Shown: piece after piece, positions 37,175-48,206 of the stretch
How the letters are laid out: every line of letters begins with the position of its first letter
Position numbering within the stretch: the stretch's first letter is position 1
Assembly (NCBI GenBank): GCA_039935335.1
Contig: JBDTKK010000099.1
Coordinates: 659-64,658, forward strand
Length of the DNA stretch: 64,000 nt
DNA from: Chitinophagaceae bacterium
GTDB taxonomy: Bacteria > Bacteroidota > Bacteroidia > Chitinophagales > Chitinophagaceae
Reading direction: 5' to 3'
Translations under genes and position numbers: made by a program
The notes under the pieces: model-generated
Told to the model about the DNA's origin: nothing
The model's input: only the letters and a program-made list of their open reading frames with translations
Database searches by the model: none

Positions 37175-37848
37175 TTCAAGGAGAATTTATAGCCCATACC
37201 ATAAACACTTTGGAGATAGTTGGGAGTGCCGATTGCCTCCAGCTTTTTACGGAGATTTTTTACGTGAGTGTAGATAAAGTCGTAGTTCTCCGCAATATCC
37301 ATTTCATCGCCCCAAAGATGCGCCGCTATTGCATTCTTAGAAATGACGCGGTTTTTATTGATGAGGAAATACAGCAGCAATTCATACTCTTTTCGGGTAA
37401 GCACCAGCTCCGTTTCACCGACCAAAACCCTTTGAGCCGAAATATCAATTTCTATCTCTTCAAAACAAACTTTCTCGCTACCATGTAGCTTTTTTCTCCG
37501 AATAATAGCAGCTATTCGAACTGCTAATTCAGAAAGATGAAATGGCTTGGTCAGATAATCATCTGCGCCCAAACTTATACCTGCTATTCTATCGTCTAAG
37601 TCCGCCCTCGCAGAAATAATAATCACACCATCCTCTTTTGCGTCCTCTTTTAGAAGACGCAAAAGTTGAAGGCCATCTCCCCCGGGAAGTGTAAGGTCCA
37701 AAATGATACAGTCGTAATCATAGTCCTCAATTTTCAACCTTGCAGACTGAAAATCAGATGCCGTTTCGCAGAGATAATTTTGTGCCAAAAGGAAGGCTTC
37801 AATTCGCTCCCGGAGCTCGGCATCATCTTCTATTAGGAGTAGTTTCAA
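37171..37848 (-). CDS. OmpR/PhoB-family response regulator
   Basis: Receiver domain (LLIEDD...DCIILDLTLPGGDG...KPF) plus a winged-helix output (LTRKEYELLLYF...VYGMGYKF). Confidence 0.9.
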   Translation of the reverse strand: MKLLLIEDDAELRERIEAFLLAQNYLCETASDFQSARLKIEDYDYDCIILDLTLPGGDGLQLLRLLKEDAKEDGVIIISARADLDDRIAGISLGADDYLTKPFHLSELAVRIAAIIRRKKLHGSEKVCFEEIEIDISAQRVLVGETELVLTRKEYELLLYFLINKNRVISKNAIAAHLWGDEMDIAENYDFIYTHVKNLRKKLEAIGTPNYLQSVYGMGYKFSLK

Positions 37849-37860
37849 AAGCAGGAGTTT

Positions 37861-38286
37861 TTAGTCTTTTTGGCTGCGCAAATAGTTTCCTTCATGGTCA
37901 AATATTTGGTCGATGCCTTTTACTTCAGCTTCATAATTTATACTGCCGTCTGCCATTTTCAGTTCCGCAGCTTCCTTTATTTTTTCAGCTTTGAAATGGG
38001 CTGCTAGATACACTTTCACCTTAGCAGGCAAGCTGGAAATTGGAATACTTTTCTCCGTTTCCTTTAAAGTTCCGTCGACCATAATAACCGCTGACATCAC
38101 TTGCTTTCCTTCCCTAAAGTTGACCTCATAACCTGCCTTTTCTTTTTCCCATTTTGCATTTTCTGCTTTTGGAAAGTTCTTTGTAAAACTAACCCTTGCT
38201 GCTTCCGGCACTTTAGAGCTTGGTACTTTTTGAGCCATTGCTGGTATGCTTCCTAGAAGTACCAAGGCTACGATTGTCTTTTTCAT
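37861..38286 (-). CDS. PepSY-like (DUF2874-type) periplasmic protein
   Basis: Signal peptide MKKTIVALVLLGSIPAMAQ. Duplicated motifs LPxAxxxFxxxxFPxA...YEV / YEAEVKG. Commonly found upstream of RR/HK pairs in Bacteroidota. Confidence 0.6.
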   Translation of the reverse strand: MKKTIVALVLLGSIPAMAQKVPSSKVPEAARVSFTKNFPKAENAKWEKEKAGYEVNFREGKQVMSAVIMVDGTLKETEKSIPISSLPAKVKVYLAAHFKAEKIKEAAELKMADGSINYEAEVKGIDQIFDHEGNYLRSQKD

Positions 38287-38471
38287 GATTGATTGTTGTT
38301 TGAGCACCAAAGATGAAAGGTCAATCTGTGGAAATGCTGTAGCAATACCATTGAAAACAGCAGGCTAATATATTTACCAGTCTGAAAAGTTGGATTTCAA
38401 GAGTGAAAAGGCCAGAAAAACGCAGGTCCTTCTGGCTTTAATTCTTTCAAGAGAAAAACTACAAAAGCTTG

Positions 38472-40526
38472 CTATTTCACAACAATCTGTTCAGAAAAAT
38501 GCTCCGATTTTGTACTTACCTGCAATAGATAAATGCCAGTTGGAAGCGTCAAAGGAAATTGAAAAACATTATCGCCTTTAACAAGTCGTATAGCCTTGGC
38601 ATCAACTAGCTTCCCTGTCATTTCACGTACTGTAAGCTGCGCCGGGCCTGCTTCTTGAGCGATGATCGAGCATTTGGCACTTCTTTCCACTGGGTTGGGA
38701 TAGACCATTATTGGCCCAGATCCTGCGAGGCAAATAGGAACATTTACATCCGATTTCTGTGGCGGGTAAGGCTTGGTGAATAAATCCCCGCAAGTGCCAA
38801 CGAGTAAATGGCCATTATCTTCAAAAAGAGATAGTACGATTTGATCTTGAAATGTGTCTAATTCCCAGTTACCGGAATTTTCCCGGAATAAACCGCTCGG
38901 CGTTCCTGCAACCAATTTACCGCTATCCACTGCAAGCGAAAAGATAGTATCTGGTAATACCGCCGCAGACATTGCTGTCCAAGTATTTCCATCATTAGAG
39001 CTATATAATCCTGCTCCTTTAGTACCCGCAAAAAAAACTCCACCGTTGCTCACTACACTGGTCACTGCGGCAGGGATAATACTTGTTACATTGAATACAT
39101 TGCTCTTGCCTGCATGATAAAAACCAATGCCAGCGTTCACAAAAATATTGGTATCAATCCCGATAATAAGATCAGCGAGATTTGGTTTGATACCTGTGCT
39201 AGGCACAGCGATAAAACTGCTTCCATTATTCACAGACAAGAAAAGATTGCCGCCCTGAATCACCCAAACATCTCCACTATTTGGGACAGCATAAATGGAG
39301 CTAACCAAGCCGCCAGCAAGGCCAGAGCTAATTTTTACCCAACTTGCACCACTATCCAAAGAGCGATAAAAGCTACCAGTATCGCCCGCAAAAACAAAAC
39401 CAGGCTTCGCATCTATGCAGCGAATTTCGCCTTCCAAACCGTTGGCATAACTACCTACATGCTGCCAGGTTTTCGCACTATCCGAAGTTCTATATATGCC
39501 TCGTGGAGGAGTAGCCGCAAATAAGTTTTTATTGCTCGCTGCAATACCGACAACAGCAGTAGAATAAAATCCACTATTACTGCCCTGCCATGAATGACCA
39601 CCATCCTTCGATGCAAATAAATCGTAGTTAGTTCCCACAAATACGCTCGTATCGGCAATGAAAAAATCATTGACCTTGCGGAATGCAAAACCGCCACCCA
39701 AGTTTGCAGGGGCATTGGAATAAGATAAGCCACCATCATTGGAATATTTGATAGTATCCACGCCAGTCGCAGAAGTGATTGATGCAAAAATATTTTGTCC
39801 AAGTGCCGCTACGTTCGTTACCTTTCTTCCTGTCAGTCCAATTGAGCTGAAAGTCATGCCAAAATCCTGTGATTGCAGTACCCCATTGTTGGTGGCGAGA
39901 TAGGCTGTATCGTTGGCCCAGTAAAGCTTGCCGTCGGTAATACTTGAATTGATATTCATGAAATTTAAGCCATTATTTCCGCTGGTGTAAAGTCCAGTAT
40001 TTGTGACCAAATACAGAATTCCATTCCTTTTGGAAAGGGAATACGCTTTTGAATTATTGATAGCAATCGTCACCCGCTGCCATAACATGCCTTGGTCTGT
40101 AGTAAGATAGAGAAGGCCAGAATCCGGACGAATCAACAGGGCGTTTGGACCCACCACTTCTACGTCATTGTAGTTCGCTCCAGCTTTCTTCAAATTGGTA
40201 TTCACTGAGCTCCAAGTTGCTCCAGCATCTGTGGAACGGAAGACACCAAGATTGGCCGTAGCAGCATACATATCATTCATGCTAGCGGCTACACAAAGAA
40301 CATCATCACAGCCAAAAACATTCTCGGGGTTGGACGTATTCGCCCAAGTTTTTCCGTTGTTGCTAGATACGAATACACCGGCATTCGAGGCTGCATAAAC
40401 TTGTCCTGCACTTTCATAAAAGCCAAAGACTTTACCTCCCCAAAAACCTGCTCGCTGATATTGTGCATTCACTGAAAGCCCCAACAGGCAAAGGCTAAAA
40501 GCCAAAATATATTTAGTTCTCTTCAT
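38472..40526 (-). CDS. Secreted BNR/Asp-box repeat (sortilin/GH74-like double beta-propeller) protein with a T9SS C-terminal sorting domain
   Basis: About 10 Asp-box motifs (STDAGATW, SKDGGHSW, SLDSGASW, SSNDGNTW, SNDGGLSY and others). Signal peptide present. The C-terminal ~80 aa, YPNPVERSAKCSI...GIYLLQVSTKSEHFSEQIVVK, matches the T9SS type A sorting domain pattern. Confidence 0.75.
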   Translation of the reverse strand: MKRTKYILAFSLCLLGLSVNAQYQRAGFWGGKVFGFYESAGQVYAASNAGVFVSSNNGKTWANTSNPENVFGCDDVLCVAASMNDMYAATANLGVFRSTDAGATWSSVNTNLKKAGANYNDVEVVGPNALLIRPDSGLLYLTTDQGMLWQRVTIAINNSKAYSLSKRNGILYLVTNTGLYTSGNNGLNFMNINSSITDGKLYWANDTAYLATNNGVLQSQDFGMTFSSIGLTGRKVTNVAALGQNIFASITSATGVDTIKYSNDGGLSYSNAPANLGGGFAFRKVNDFFIADTSVFVGTNYDLFASKDGGHSWQGSNSGFYSTAVVGIAASNKNLFAATPPRGIYRTSDSAKTWQHVGSYANGLEGEIRCIDAKPGFVFAGDTGSFYRSLDSGASWVKISSGLAGGLVSSIYAVPNSGDVWVIQGGNLFLSVNNGSSFIAVPSTGIKPNLADLIIGIDTNIFVNAGIGFYHAGKSNVFNVTSIIPAAVTSVVSNGGVFFAGTKGAGLYSSNDGNTWTAMSAAVLPDTIFSLAVDSGKLVAGTPSGLFRENSGNWELDTFQDQIVLSLFEDNGHLLVGTCGDLFTKPYPPQKSDVNVPICLAGSGPIMVYPNPVERSAKCSIIAQEAGPAQLTVREMTGKLVDAKAIRLVKGDNVFQFPLTLPTGIYLLQVSTKSEHFSEQIVVK

Positions 40527-40609
40527 AATAAATTCATTAAAAATCAATCCTAGATAAAATAGCAGCCACTCTTGATGCTATTGGAAACAGACTTGTTTCT
40601 TTCGCGCTT

Positions 40610-43600
40610 CTACATGTTTCTGCGATATTGTCCGCCAACCTCAAAAAGAGCATCGGTAATCTGACCAAGACTGCAATATTTCACGGTATGCATCAATTCT
40701 TCAAACACATTTCCACCATGAACCGCTACTAATTGAAGTTGCTTTAAGGCCGCTACACCTCGCTCCGCGCCCCGCTTTTGCACCAAAGCTACATTCGTAA
40801 TCTGTGCTTCCTTTTCAGCAGTTGTAGAACGAATCACCTCGCCCGGACGAACAGTTGGCGAACCGGTAGAAGACAAAAAAGTATTCACGCCTATAATGGG
40901 AAACTCACCAGTGTGTTTCAAGGTTTCATAATAAAGGCTTTCTTCCTGAATCTTGCCACGCTGATACATCGTTTCCATGGCACCAAGCACGCCACCGCGC
41001 TCCGTAATCCTGTCAAACTCCGCCAGCACAGCGGCTTCCACGAGTTCTGTCAATTCCTCAATGATAAAAGAACCTTGCAGCGGATTTTCATTTTTCGCCA
41101 GCCCTAATTCCTTGTTGATAATTAGCTGGATGGCCATGGCGCGGCGCACACTTTCTTCTGTAGGTGTAGTTATGGCTTCGTCGTATGCATTTGTGTGCAG
41201 CGAATTGCAGTTGTCGTAAATGGCGTAAAGCGCCTGCAACGTCGTGCGGATATCATTGAAATCAATCTCCTGCGCGTGAAGGCTTCGACCACTGGTCTGG
41301 ATGTGATACTTAAGCATTTGGCTGCGCTCATTACCCCCATATTTCAGCTTCATTGCTTTTGCCCAAATACGCCGCGCGACCCGGCCAATCACACTGTATT
41401 CCGGATCCACGCCGTTCGAAAAAAAGAAGCTAAGATTTGGTGCGAATTCGTCAATGTGCATTCCTCGACTGAGGTAATATTCTACAAACGTAAAACCATT
41501 GGAAAGCGTGAACGCAAGCTGCGAAATTGGATTAGCACCTGCTTCCGCAATGTGGTAGCCCGAGATGGAAACAGAGTAAAAATTCCGAACGGCTTTATCT
41601 ATGAAATACTGCTGCACATCACCCATTACGCGCAGCGAAAATTCGGTAGAGAAAATGCAGGTATTCTGCGCCTGATCTTCCTTTAAAATATCCGCCTGAA
41701 CCGTTCCCCTCACATGTTTCAGGGTTTCAGTCTTTATCGTTTCATAGACATCTGCGGGCAATACTTCATCGCCGGTAACACCAAGTAACATCAAGCCTAA
41801 GCCATCATTTCCTTCGGGCAAAGTCATGCTTTCTCCTTTTACACCGTAGCTCGGCCGTTTCAGTCCTTTGTCTTTATAAATCGCGTCAATCTTCTTGCTT
41901 ACTTCATCTTCCAAACCATGCGCCTTGATGTATAGTTCGCATTGTTGATCCACGGCGGCGTTCATAAAAAACGCAGCAATTGTTGGTGCCGGGCCGTTAA
42001 TGGTCATACTCACCGACGTCTTTGGGTCGGCAAGATTGAAGCCAGAATAAAGCTTTTTGGCATCATCCAAAGTGGGTACACTTACGCCGCTATTCCCGAT
42101 TTTTCCATAGATATCTGGGCGATGTGCAGGGTCTTGCCCGTAGAGCGTAACAGAGTCAAAAGCAGTACTCAAACGCTTTGCCGGCAAGCCTTTGGAGACA
42201 TAGTGAAAGCGCTTGTTTGTCCGCTCTGGGCCACCTTCTCCGGCAAACATCCGTGCAGGATCTTCTCCTTCTCTTTTGAAAGGATAAATGCCTGCTGCGT
42301 AAGGAAATTCTCCCGGAAAATTTTCACACAATGCCCACATCAATATCTCGCCCCAAGCCTCGAAACGAGGCACGGCAACCTTGGGGATTTGTGTATGCGA
42401 AAGGCTTTCAGTATGCGTCTTGATTTTGATTTCCTTACCGCGCACTTTATAGACGTAGTATTCATCTTGAAAATGGCGTTTCCGCGATTCCCAGTTTTGA
42501 AGTAAGTGTAGATTTTTAGGGTCTAATTCCCGAGTAACGCGTTGGTAGGCTTCTTCCAATTCTTTAATCATTCGGTCGGTATCATTCGTCTCCGAAGGGC
42601 TACGCATTTCAGCCAAAGTCTCTATTGTTTTGCGGATACCAAAAAGCTTTTGTGCAACATTCGCCTGATTGCGTGCCCACTTATCGTAGCCGCGATTATT
42701 CTCCGCAATCTCGCTCAGGTAGCGGGTTCTGGAAGGAGGGATGATAAATATTTTCTCACTCACTTCTTCGCTCGGCACAAAATGGCTGTTGAAGGTAGTA
42801 CCCAATTTTGCATCGAGCATGTCCATCAAAGCATGGTACATCTTGTTCGTTCCTGGGTCGTTAAACTGGCTGGCGATGGTGCCAAAGACAGGCATGTTTG
42901 CGGGGTCTTCCGAGAAACGCTTATGGTTGCGCTGGAACTGCTTTTTTACATCGCGGAGTGCATCCAAAGCTCCTCGTTTATCAAACTTGTTGATGCAGAC
43001 GAGGTCGGCAAAATCGAGCATGTCTATCTTCTCCAATTGCGTGGCAGCACCGTATTCTGGTGTCATCACATAAAGACTTGCGTCGCAATAATCCGTAATT
43101 TGGGTGTCGCTTTGGCCAATGCCGGAAGTTTCAAGAATAATTAAATCGTAGTCCGCAGCTTTAAGTATATCCACTGCGTCTTTGATATGCTTACTCACCG
43201 CAAGATTACTTTGGCGTGTTGCCATAGAGCGCATATACACTCGAGGATTTCTGATGGCATTCATCCGAATTCTATCCCCCAGCAAAGCCCCGCCAGTCTT
43301 GCGTTTGGAAGGGTCAACGGAAATAATACCCAACGTCTTTTCAGGAAAATCAATAAGAAAGCGGCGTACGATTTCATCTACTAGGGAAGATTTTCCCGAG
43401 CCACCAGTACCAGTAATCCCAAGCACTGGAGGTGTTGCTTTATCAGTAGCAATTTTCTCCCTAACGCTCTTCATCATCGCTTGCGTTTCGGCAGAGTCTG
43501 GGAAATTTTCGGCTGCTGAAATAAGTCTGGCTACGCTTTTTGCATCATGCTCTTTTAGGTGATTTATTTCACCATTCAAATGATTGCCTGTAGGGAAATC

Positions 43601-44023
43601 ACTTTGCTGGAGCAAGTCCACAATCATGCCTTCAAGACCCATTGCGCGACCATCATCTGGCGAGTAAATCCTGGCGATTCCATAGTTCTGGAGTTCTTCA
43701 ATTTCTTCAGGCAGAATAACGCCACCGCCGCCGCCAAAGAGCTTAATATGCCCGCAGCCAGCGGCTTTCAGTAAATCATACATGTACTTGAAATATTCCA
43801 GATGCCCGCCTTGATAACTCGTAATAGCAATGGCATTGGCATCTTCCTGAATGGCTGTATCTACCACTTCCTGCACAGAGCGATCATGCCCCAAATGAAT
43901 GACTTCCGCACCATCTTGCTGCATAATGCGGCGCATGATATTGATGCTGGCATCGTGGCCATCAAATAACGAAGCAGCGGTAACAATTCTGATTTTATTC
44001 TTAGGAGAAAAGCTCATTAGCAA
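40610..44023 (-). CDS. icmF: Fused isobutyryl-CoA mutase / MeaB-like GTPase
   Basis: N-terminal B12-binding domain ([13 protein letters not shown]). Central G3E GTPase with P-loop [14 protein letters not shown]-terminal ~550-aa methylmalonyl-CoA mutase-type TIM barrel. The 1137-aa architecture is diagnostic for IcmF. Confidence 0.9.
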   Translation of the reverse strand: MLMSFSPKNKIRIVTAASLFDGHDASINIMRRIMQQDGAEVIHLGHDRSVQEVVDTAIQEDANAIAITSYQGGHLEYFKYMYDLLKAAGCGHIKLFGGGGGVILPEEIEELQNYGIARIYSPDDGRAMGLEGMIVDLLQQSDFPTGNHLNGEINHLKEHDAKSVARLISAAENFPDSAETQAMMKSVREKIATDKATPPVLGITGTGGSGKSSLVDEIVRRFLIDFPEKTLGIISVDPSKRKTGGALLGDRIRMNAIRNPRVYMRSMATRQSNLAVSKHIKDAVDILKAADYDLIILETSGIGQSDTQITDYCDASLYVMTPEYGAATQLEKIDMLDFADLVCINKFDKRGALDALRDVKKQFQRNHKRFSEDPANMPVFGTIASQFNDPGTNKMYHALMDMLDAKLGTTFNSHFVPSEEVSEKIFIIPPSRTRYLSEIAENNRGYDKWARNQANVAQKLFGIRKTIETLAEMRSPSETNDTDRMIKELEEAYQRVTRELDPKNLHLLQNWESRKRHFQDEYYVYKVRGKEIKIKTHTESLSHTQIPKVAVPRFEAWGEILMWALCENFPGEFPYAAGIYPFKREGEDPARMFAGEGGPERTNKRFHYVSKGLPAKRLSTAFDSVTLYGQDPAHRPDIYGKIGNSGVSVPTLDDAKKLYSGFNLADPKTSVSMTINGPAPTIAAFFMNAAVDQQCELYIKAHGLEDEVSKKIDAIYKDKGLKRPSYGVKGESMTLPEGNDGLGLMLLGVTGDEVLPADVYETIKTETLKHVRGTVQADILKEDQAQNTCIFSTEFSLRVMGDVQQYFIDKAVRNFYSVSISGYHIAEAGANPISQLAFTLSNGFTFVEYYLSRGMHIDEFAPNLSFFFSNGVDPEYSVIGRVARRIWAKAMKLKYGGNERSQMLKYHIQTSGRSLHAQEIDFNDIRTTLQALYAIYDNCNSLHTNAYDEAITTPTEESVRRAMAIQLIINKELGLAKNENPLQGSFIIEELTELVEAAVLAEFDRITERGGVLGAMETMYQRGKIQEESLYYETLKHTGEFPIIGVNTFLSSTGSPTVRPGEVIRSTTAEKEAQITNVALVQKRGAERGVAALKQLQLVAVHGGNVFEELMHTVKYCSLGQITDALFEVGGQYRRNM

Positions 44024-44469
44024 GGGATATTTTGAAGGGAGTAAAAATACAACAATGGTTGCGGGGTAAATTACACGCTGTTTGGAGATTCGTTCACTCC
44101 CAGACTAACCGAAAATAAACCGATTAAACCCATCGCGAATCAATGTGTTGTTATCGCAAAGAGTGCGATTGTCCTAACAGACAAAAATTGACCTTAGGAA
44201 TGCAGCCCGTTCTCTTCCCAAATTGTCCCCATACCCCGATAGACTTACGCTTCACGCCGCTGGTCAAGGCTGAGGAAAAGAATAAGAAATGCCGTTGCAA
44301 TTTGCCAATTGTAGGCGCACCGATACTGAAGCTGTCAAAAATAATCCCTTATTCCGATGGTCTTGCCAGTCATATCAGTGCCGTATCATTTGGGGAAACC
44401 GGATGACTTTATCCAACAAAAAATGCCGTCAACGCCAATCTCTATTCGCCTGCTAAATGGGATGAAACC

Positions 44470-44820
44470 ATGACTGAAGAATTGCTAAAATGCCGCGCTG
44501 CGCTTACGCTTGTTGGCAGTCGTGGGCAAAAGTGTAAAAAGAACCTTCCCAATACCAAAAACAAAGTGGAGCGAATGCTTGCTGCATACCATCTGACCGA
44601 CAATTTCCCTACGGTAGATAATGAAATCAAAAACGATGCTTCCGTAAAATACATCTATTTGTCACCCTACAAAAACGCAAAACATACGGGCATCGACTAC
44701 AATACCAGGGATATAAAAATGGTCAAATCCTACGGACCATTTTACAATATTGGAGGTGGCGATGTGCCTCGTGGTGCGACTTATGTGCTTTTCTATTCCG
44801 TAAAAAAGAAAGGAAAATGA
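44470..44820 (+). CDS. Hypothetical protein (116 aa)
   Basis: ORF with a 4-nt ATGA overlap onto the downstream lipoprotein gene, suggesting translational coupling. No family recognised. Confidence 0.35.
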   Translation: MTEELLKCRAALTLVGSRGQKCKKNLPNTKNKVERMLAAYHLTDNFPTVDNEIKNDASVKYIYLSPYKNAKHTGIDYNTRDIKMVKSYGPFYNIGGGDVPRGATYVLFYSVKKKGK

Positions 44821-45707
44821 TGCGTAGCTTTTTTTTAATTTTCCTTTTAGCTGCGACGAGTTGTTCGGGGCGCAGAATGCAAAATTCCGATACACGAAGC
44901 GCAGATAGCACTATTGAAAATCTTGGATTTTCCCTGCTGACAGACAACTACGGTGCTATTCGCGATCTTTCTACATTCCAAACGGAAGGCAACGTGCCAA
45001 GTGCAACTCCGGAGCTAGTGTTCCGTAAAATTGAACAAGACTTAAAAGAGAAGATTAGTAAAGAATATCCAAGCGACAGTGCCACGATTCTGGAAAATAT
45101 TTTTTCGTCTAAGGAACTCATTCTTTGGAATATCGGCTCGATTGAAAACGCAACCATTTACCTGTTTCATTTTCATGAAATGGCACTCGGTGATCAGTAT
45201 TGGCTGTACCTTTTTAAAGAAGGAAAAATCAGTTCCACAGCATTCACTTTCTCCTCCGAATCCCTTGATAGCGGCCAATTTCAGAATAATTCGCTTCCGG
45301 CTTTTACAATTAAGAATGAATCAAACGAAATAGTGGTGGCTACTGGCCGCCGGAACGGAAATGTATATAACGCGATTGTTACCTTTTATCTAAAAAGCGA
45401 TGCGTCACTTCAACTTTCCCAAGAAATAAAAGTTGAAACTGAAGCATTAATTCCCTTTGCGCCGGAAGCGAGGAAAATTGAAAGGCAGATTATAATAACA
45501 AGTGCTTCCGATAACTATCAGCTCAACGTATTTTCAATCGAGGCAAATGCTCAAAAGAAACTAGTGGGAAAGGTTCAGTTGCAGCAAAAGCAAAGAAAGT
45601 GGACAGTTATAAAAAGGGATGTTCTTGACAAGAAATTCAAAAATCTGCTCATCACTTGTTCGCCCAACGGAGAGGAGCGTTTTCTCAATGCCAGAGGCAC
45701 ATTTTAG
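44817..45707 (+). CDS. Hypothetical lipoprotein
   Basis: Lipoprotein signal MMRSFFLIFLLAATSC. No family recognised. Confidence 0.55.
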   Translation: MMRSFFLIFLLAATSCSGRRMQNSDTRSADSTIENLGFSLLTDNYGAIRDLSTFQTEGNVPSATPELVFRKIEQDLKEKISKEYPSDSATILENIFSSKELILWNIGSIENATIYLFHFHEMALGDQYWLYLFKEGKISSTAFTFSSESLDSGQFQNNSLPAFTIKNESNEIVVATGRRNGNVYNAIVTFYLKSDASLQLSQEIKVETEALIPFAPEARKIERQIIITSASDNYQLNVFSIEANAQKKLVGKVQLQQKQRKWTVIKRDVLDKKFKNLLITCSPNGEERFLNARGTF

Positions 45708-45760
45708 GAAAAGTAAATCTTAGGGATGCCGCGCAGTCGCAAAGCCTACTTTTGCGCCAC

Positions 45761-47092
45761 ATGGAAGCTTCCCCAAAAATAGTTGAACAGGTATTAGAAA
45801 CCCTTAGTCTGAAAACCCTCAACGAGATGCAAATTGCCACACTCAAAGCGGTGAAAACCCATGCTGATATTTTACTGCAATCACCCACGGGATCTGGAAA
45901 AACCCTAGCCTTTTTATTGCCTATTTTAATGGAATTAGATACAGCAGTAAAAACCACCCAAGCCTTGATAGTAGTGCCTTCCAGAGAACTGGCACAGCAG
46001 ATTGAAACAGTTTGGAGAACAATGCGCACGGGCTATAAAGTAACCTGCTGCTATGGTGGCCACAAGCGGGAAACTGAAGAAAATAGCTTGGTAGAAGCGC
46101 CGGCTTTAATCATTGGTACCGCAGGTAGATTGGCCGACCATATCCGACGCGGAAACATCACTACGGCCACCATCAAAACATTGATAGTAGATGAGTTTGA
46201 TAAAGCCTTGGATTTGGGTTTTGCTGCCGAAATGGAAGAAATAATCACTGCCCTTCCTAACATTGAAAGGCGTATCCTTACTTCCGCTACCGGAGCAACA
46301 GAAGTTCCTGCTTTTGTAGGCTTAAGCAATCCTGAAACTTTGCATTTTGAAGCGGCAGAAACAGAAGAAGGCTTTGGGCTTGCCATCCAGATTTTGCATA
46401 CTTCAGACAAAGACAAACTAGATGACCTTTTCAGTTTGATTTGTCAGCTTGGGGCGCGGCCAACAATCATTTTTTGCAACCATCGTGAAGCGGTGGAACG
46501 CACCAGCAACGCACTCTACGAACGAGGCATTTTCAATGAATTTTATCATGGCGCAATGGAGCAACAAGAGCGCGATGCAGCTTTGGTGAAATTCCGAAAT
46601 GGCAGCACTTATTTCCTGGTAACAACCGATTTGGCAGCTCGTGGATTGGACATTGCGAACCTCCGCTACATCATTCATTATCACCTGCCCCACACCGAAG
46701 ATGCCTTCACGCACCGTAATGGGCGCACAGCGAGAGTAGATAAAAGCGGCACAGCAATTTTGATGATTGGCCCGGATGAAAAAGTCCCAGATTATGTATT
46801 AGAAGGCTTATTTACCACTATCAAACTTCAAGAAAAAAACACGCTTCCCGAACGCCCGGATTGGGTGACACTTTACATTTCTGCAGGCAAGAAAAACAAG
46901 GTGAACAAGGTGGATATTCTTGGCTTTTTGGCGCAAAAAGGTAGCCTTAAAATGGAGGACATTGGCTTGATAGAAGTGAAAGACTTTTTCTCTTTTGTAG
47001 CCGTAAGAAGAGCCAATGCATCGAGCGCACTAAAGGCCATTGAAAATGAAAAATTGAAGGGAAAGAAACTTAAAATCGAATTGGCCAGATAG
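45761..47092 (+). CDS. DEAD-box ATP-dependent RNA helicase with a DbpA-type C-terminal RNA-binding domain
   Basis: Motif I SPTGSGKT, motif II VDEFD (a variant of DEAD), motif III SAT, motif VI HRNGRTAR. The C-terminal domain is DbpA-like (LYISAGKKNKVNKVDILGF...IEVKDFFSFVAV). The start was set at MEASPK (ATG 45761) because the longer ORF overlaps the upstream gene. Confidence 0.85.
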   Translation: MEASPKIVEQVLETLSLKTLNEMQIATLKAVKTHADILLQSPTGSGKTLAFLLPILMELDTAVKTTQALIVVPSRELAQQIETVWRTMRTGYKVTCCYGGHKRETEENSLVEAPALIIGTAGRLADHIRRGNITTATIKTLIVDEFDKALDLGFAAEMEEIITALPNIERRILTSATGATEVPAFVGLSNPETLHFEAAETEEGFGLAIQILHTSDKDKLDDLFSLICQLGARPTIIFCNHREAVERTSNALYERGIFNEFYHGAMEQQERDAALVKFRNGSTYFLVTTDLAARGLDIANLRYIIHYHLPHTEDAFTHRNGRTARVDKSGTAILMIGPDEKVPDYVLEGLFTTIKLQEKNTLPERPDWVTLYISAGKKNKVNKVDILGFLAQKGSLKMEDIGLIEVKDFFSFVAVRRANASSALKAIENEKLKGKKLKIELAR

Positions 47093-47131
47093 TCCAAATC
47101 TTTATTAGCAGCGAATTTCAAAGGAATTCGT

Positions 47132-47656
47132 TTGTCAAACTCCTATTCTTATTTACTTTTGAAGAGAATTAATTCACCAAAAAAAATAGCACCTGTGGCG
47201 TACGACAACTCCCCAAATTACAACAACAGCTATGGTCAGAACAATGACCGCAACAATGACAGCATCTATTCAAAGCGCGTAAAAGCGGGTAAACGGCGCA
47301 CCTACTTTTTTGATGTGCGTGCAACGCGTGGCAATGATTATTTCATCACCATTACAGAAAGTAAAAGGCGCTTTGAAGATGGTGGATACGACCGCCACAA
47401 AATGTTTATCTACAAGGAAGATTTTAATAAGTTTCTTGCTGGCCTTGCAGAGACGATAGATTATGTAAAAACGGAGTTGATGCCCGACTTTGATTTTGAT
47501 TCCTTCAGCCACGAAAATGATGAAGAATATCAGGAGGCACAGCCACAGGTTAATGTCGTGTCAGAACCTTACGAAGCCACGCTGCCAGCGTATTCCGAGC
47601 CTGTTTCCAGTGTATCAGATAATGACGATATGAACATTGACGACTGGAAGATGTAA
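47132..47656 (+). CDS. DUF3276 (PUR-alpha-like) nucleic-acid-binding protein; start codon uncertain
   Basis: The core KAGKRRTYFFDVRATRGNDYFITITESKRRF...HKMFIYKEDFNKFLAGL is the DUF3276 signature. There is no in-frame ATG upstream of the core; candidates are TTG 47132 or GTG 47195. Acidic C-terminal tail. Confidence 0.7.
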   Translation: MSNSYSYLLLKRINSPKKIAPVAYDNSPNYNNSYGQNNDRNNDSIYSKRVKAGKRRTYFFDVRATRGNDYFITITESKRRFEDGGYDRHKMFIYKEDFNKFLAGLAETIDYVKTELMPDFDFDSFSHENDEEYQEAQPQVNVVSEPYEATLPAYSEPVSSVSDNDDMNIDDWKM

Positions 47657-47678
47657 GTCGGAGAATAGCTTTTTGAAC

Positions 47679-47718
47679 ATGCCCGTCTCGGCTGAGCCTA
47701 GATGGGCATTTTCATTTT
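47679..47718 (+). terminator. Rho-independent terminator after the DUF3276 gene
   Basis: Stem ATGCCCGTCT / AGATGGGCAT (one G-U pair) with an 11-nt loop, followed by TTTCATTTT. Confidence 0.7.
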
Positions 47719-47756
47719 AAGTCAATTTTGATTCCGCTTCTATAAGTGAAAAGGTA

Positions 47757-48131
47757 TCAGACAGAAGGTGTCACAGCGGTTGTATTGCTTTCTGGTTTAC
47801 GCTTCATCATAATGGCATAGGCTTCTACAGCAAAGCCAATGAGAATGACGATTGGTGCCAGTGTTATTCTGCGAAAAGAATAAATTTCTTTGTAGTTAAA
47901 TTGGTGCGGGTCGAGGCTTTTGCCGCCAGACATGAGCATGAAGCCGATAAGAATCAGCAGCACGCCAAGGCCCATCCACATGTAATTCTTCTTGTCGAAA
48001 AGGAAGGTTTGATTGCCACGTGGTTCGCTGGCTTTATAACTAGCTTTAGCCTTCACAGGACTTCTATAAGCTGGAGCCGGAGTAGTCTTAAGATTGGAAC
48101 TTGGAACCTGAGGTTTGTGTGCTTTTGCCAT
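47757..48131 (-). CDS. DUF3098 domain membrane protein
   Basis: FLFDKKNYMWMGLGVLLILIGFMLMSGG signature. Lies immediately downstream of ftsX, as is typical in Bacteroidota. Confidence 0.7.
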   Translation of the reverse strand: MAKAHKPQVPSSNLKTTPAPAYRSPVKAKASYKASEPRGNQTFLFDKKNYMWMGLGVLLILIGFMLMSGGKSLDPHQFNYKEIYSFRRITLAPIVILIGFAVEAYAIMMKRKPESNTTAVTPSV

Positions 48132-48206
48132 AATTTTTACTGTAAGCAATATTAGATAAAAAGGAGGAAGGGACGATTAATTAAGTTCTTAAAAAATGGC
48201 CAGGAA

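Noticed and set aside
40778-43774. Series of 65-200-aa plus-strand ORFs
   Set aside because: All are antisense to the continuous, motif-rich 1137-aa icmF frame.
44024-44469. Cobalamin riboswitch in the 446-bp leader of the B12-dependent icmF
   Set aside because: On the minus strand, CTGGGAGTGAACGAATCTCC...ACCCCGCAACCATTGT faintly resembles the GGTGnnAAnTCC and CCCGCnACTGT core. However, the spacing is wrong, there is no B12 box (AGYCMGGnnnCCTGCC) before the start codon, and B12 riboswitches do not normally control B12-dependent enzymes. The 87-aa ORF at 44143-44406 also has no coding signature.
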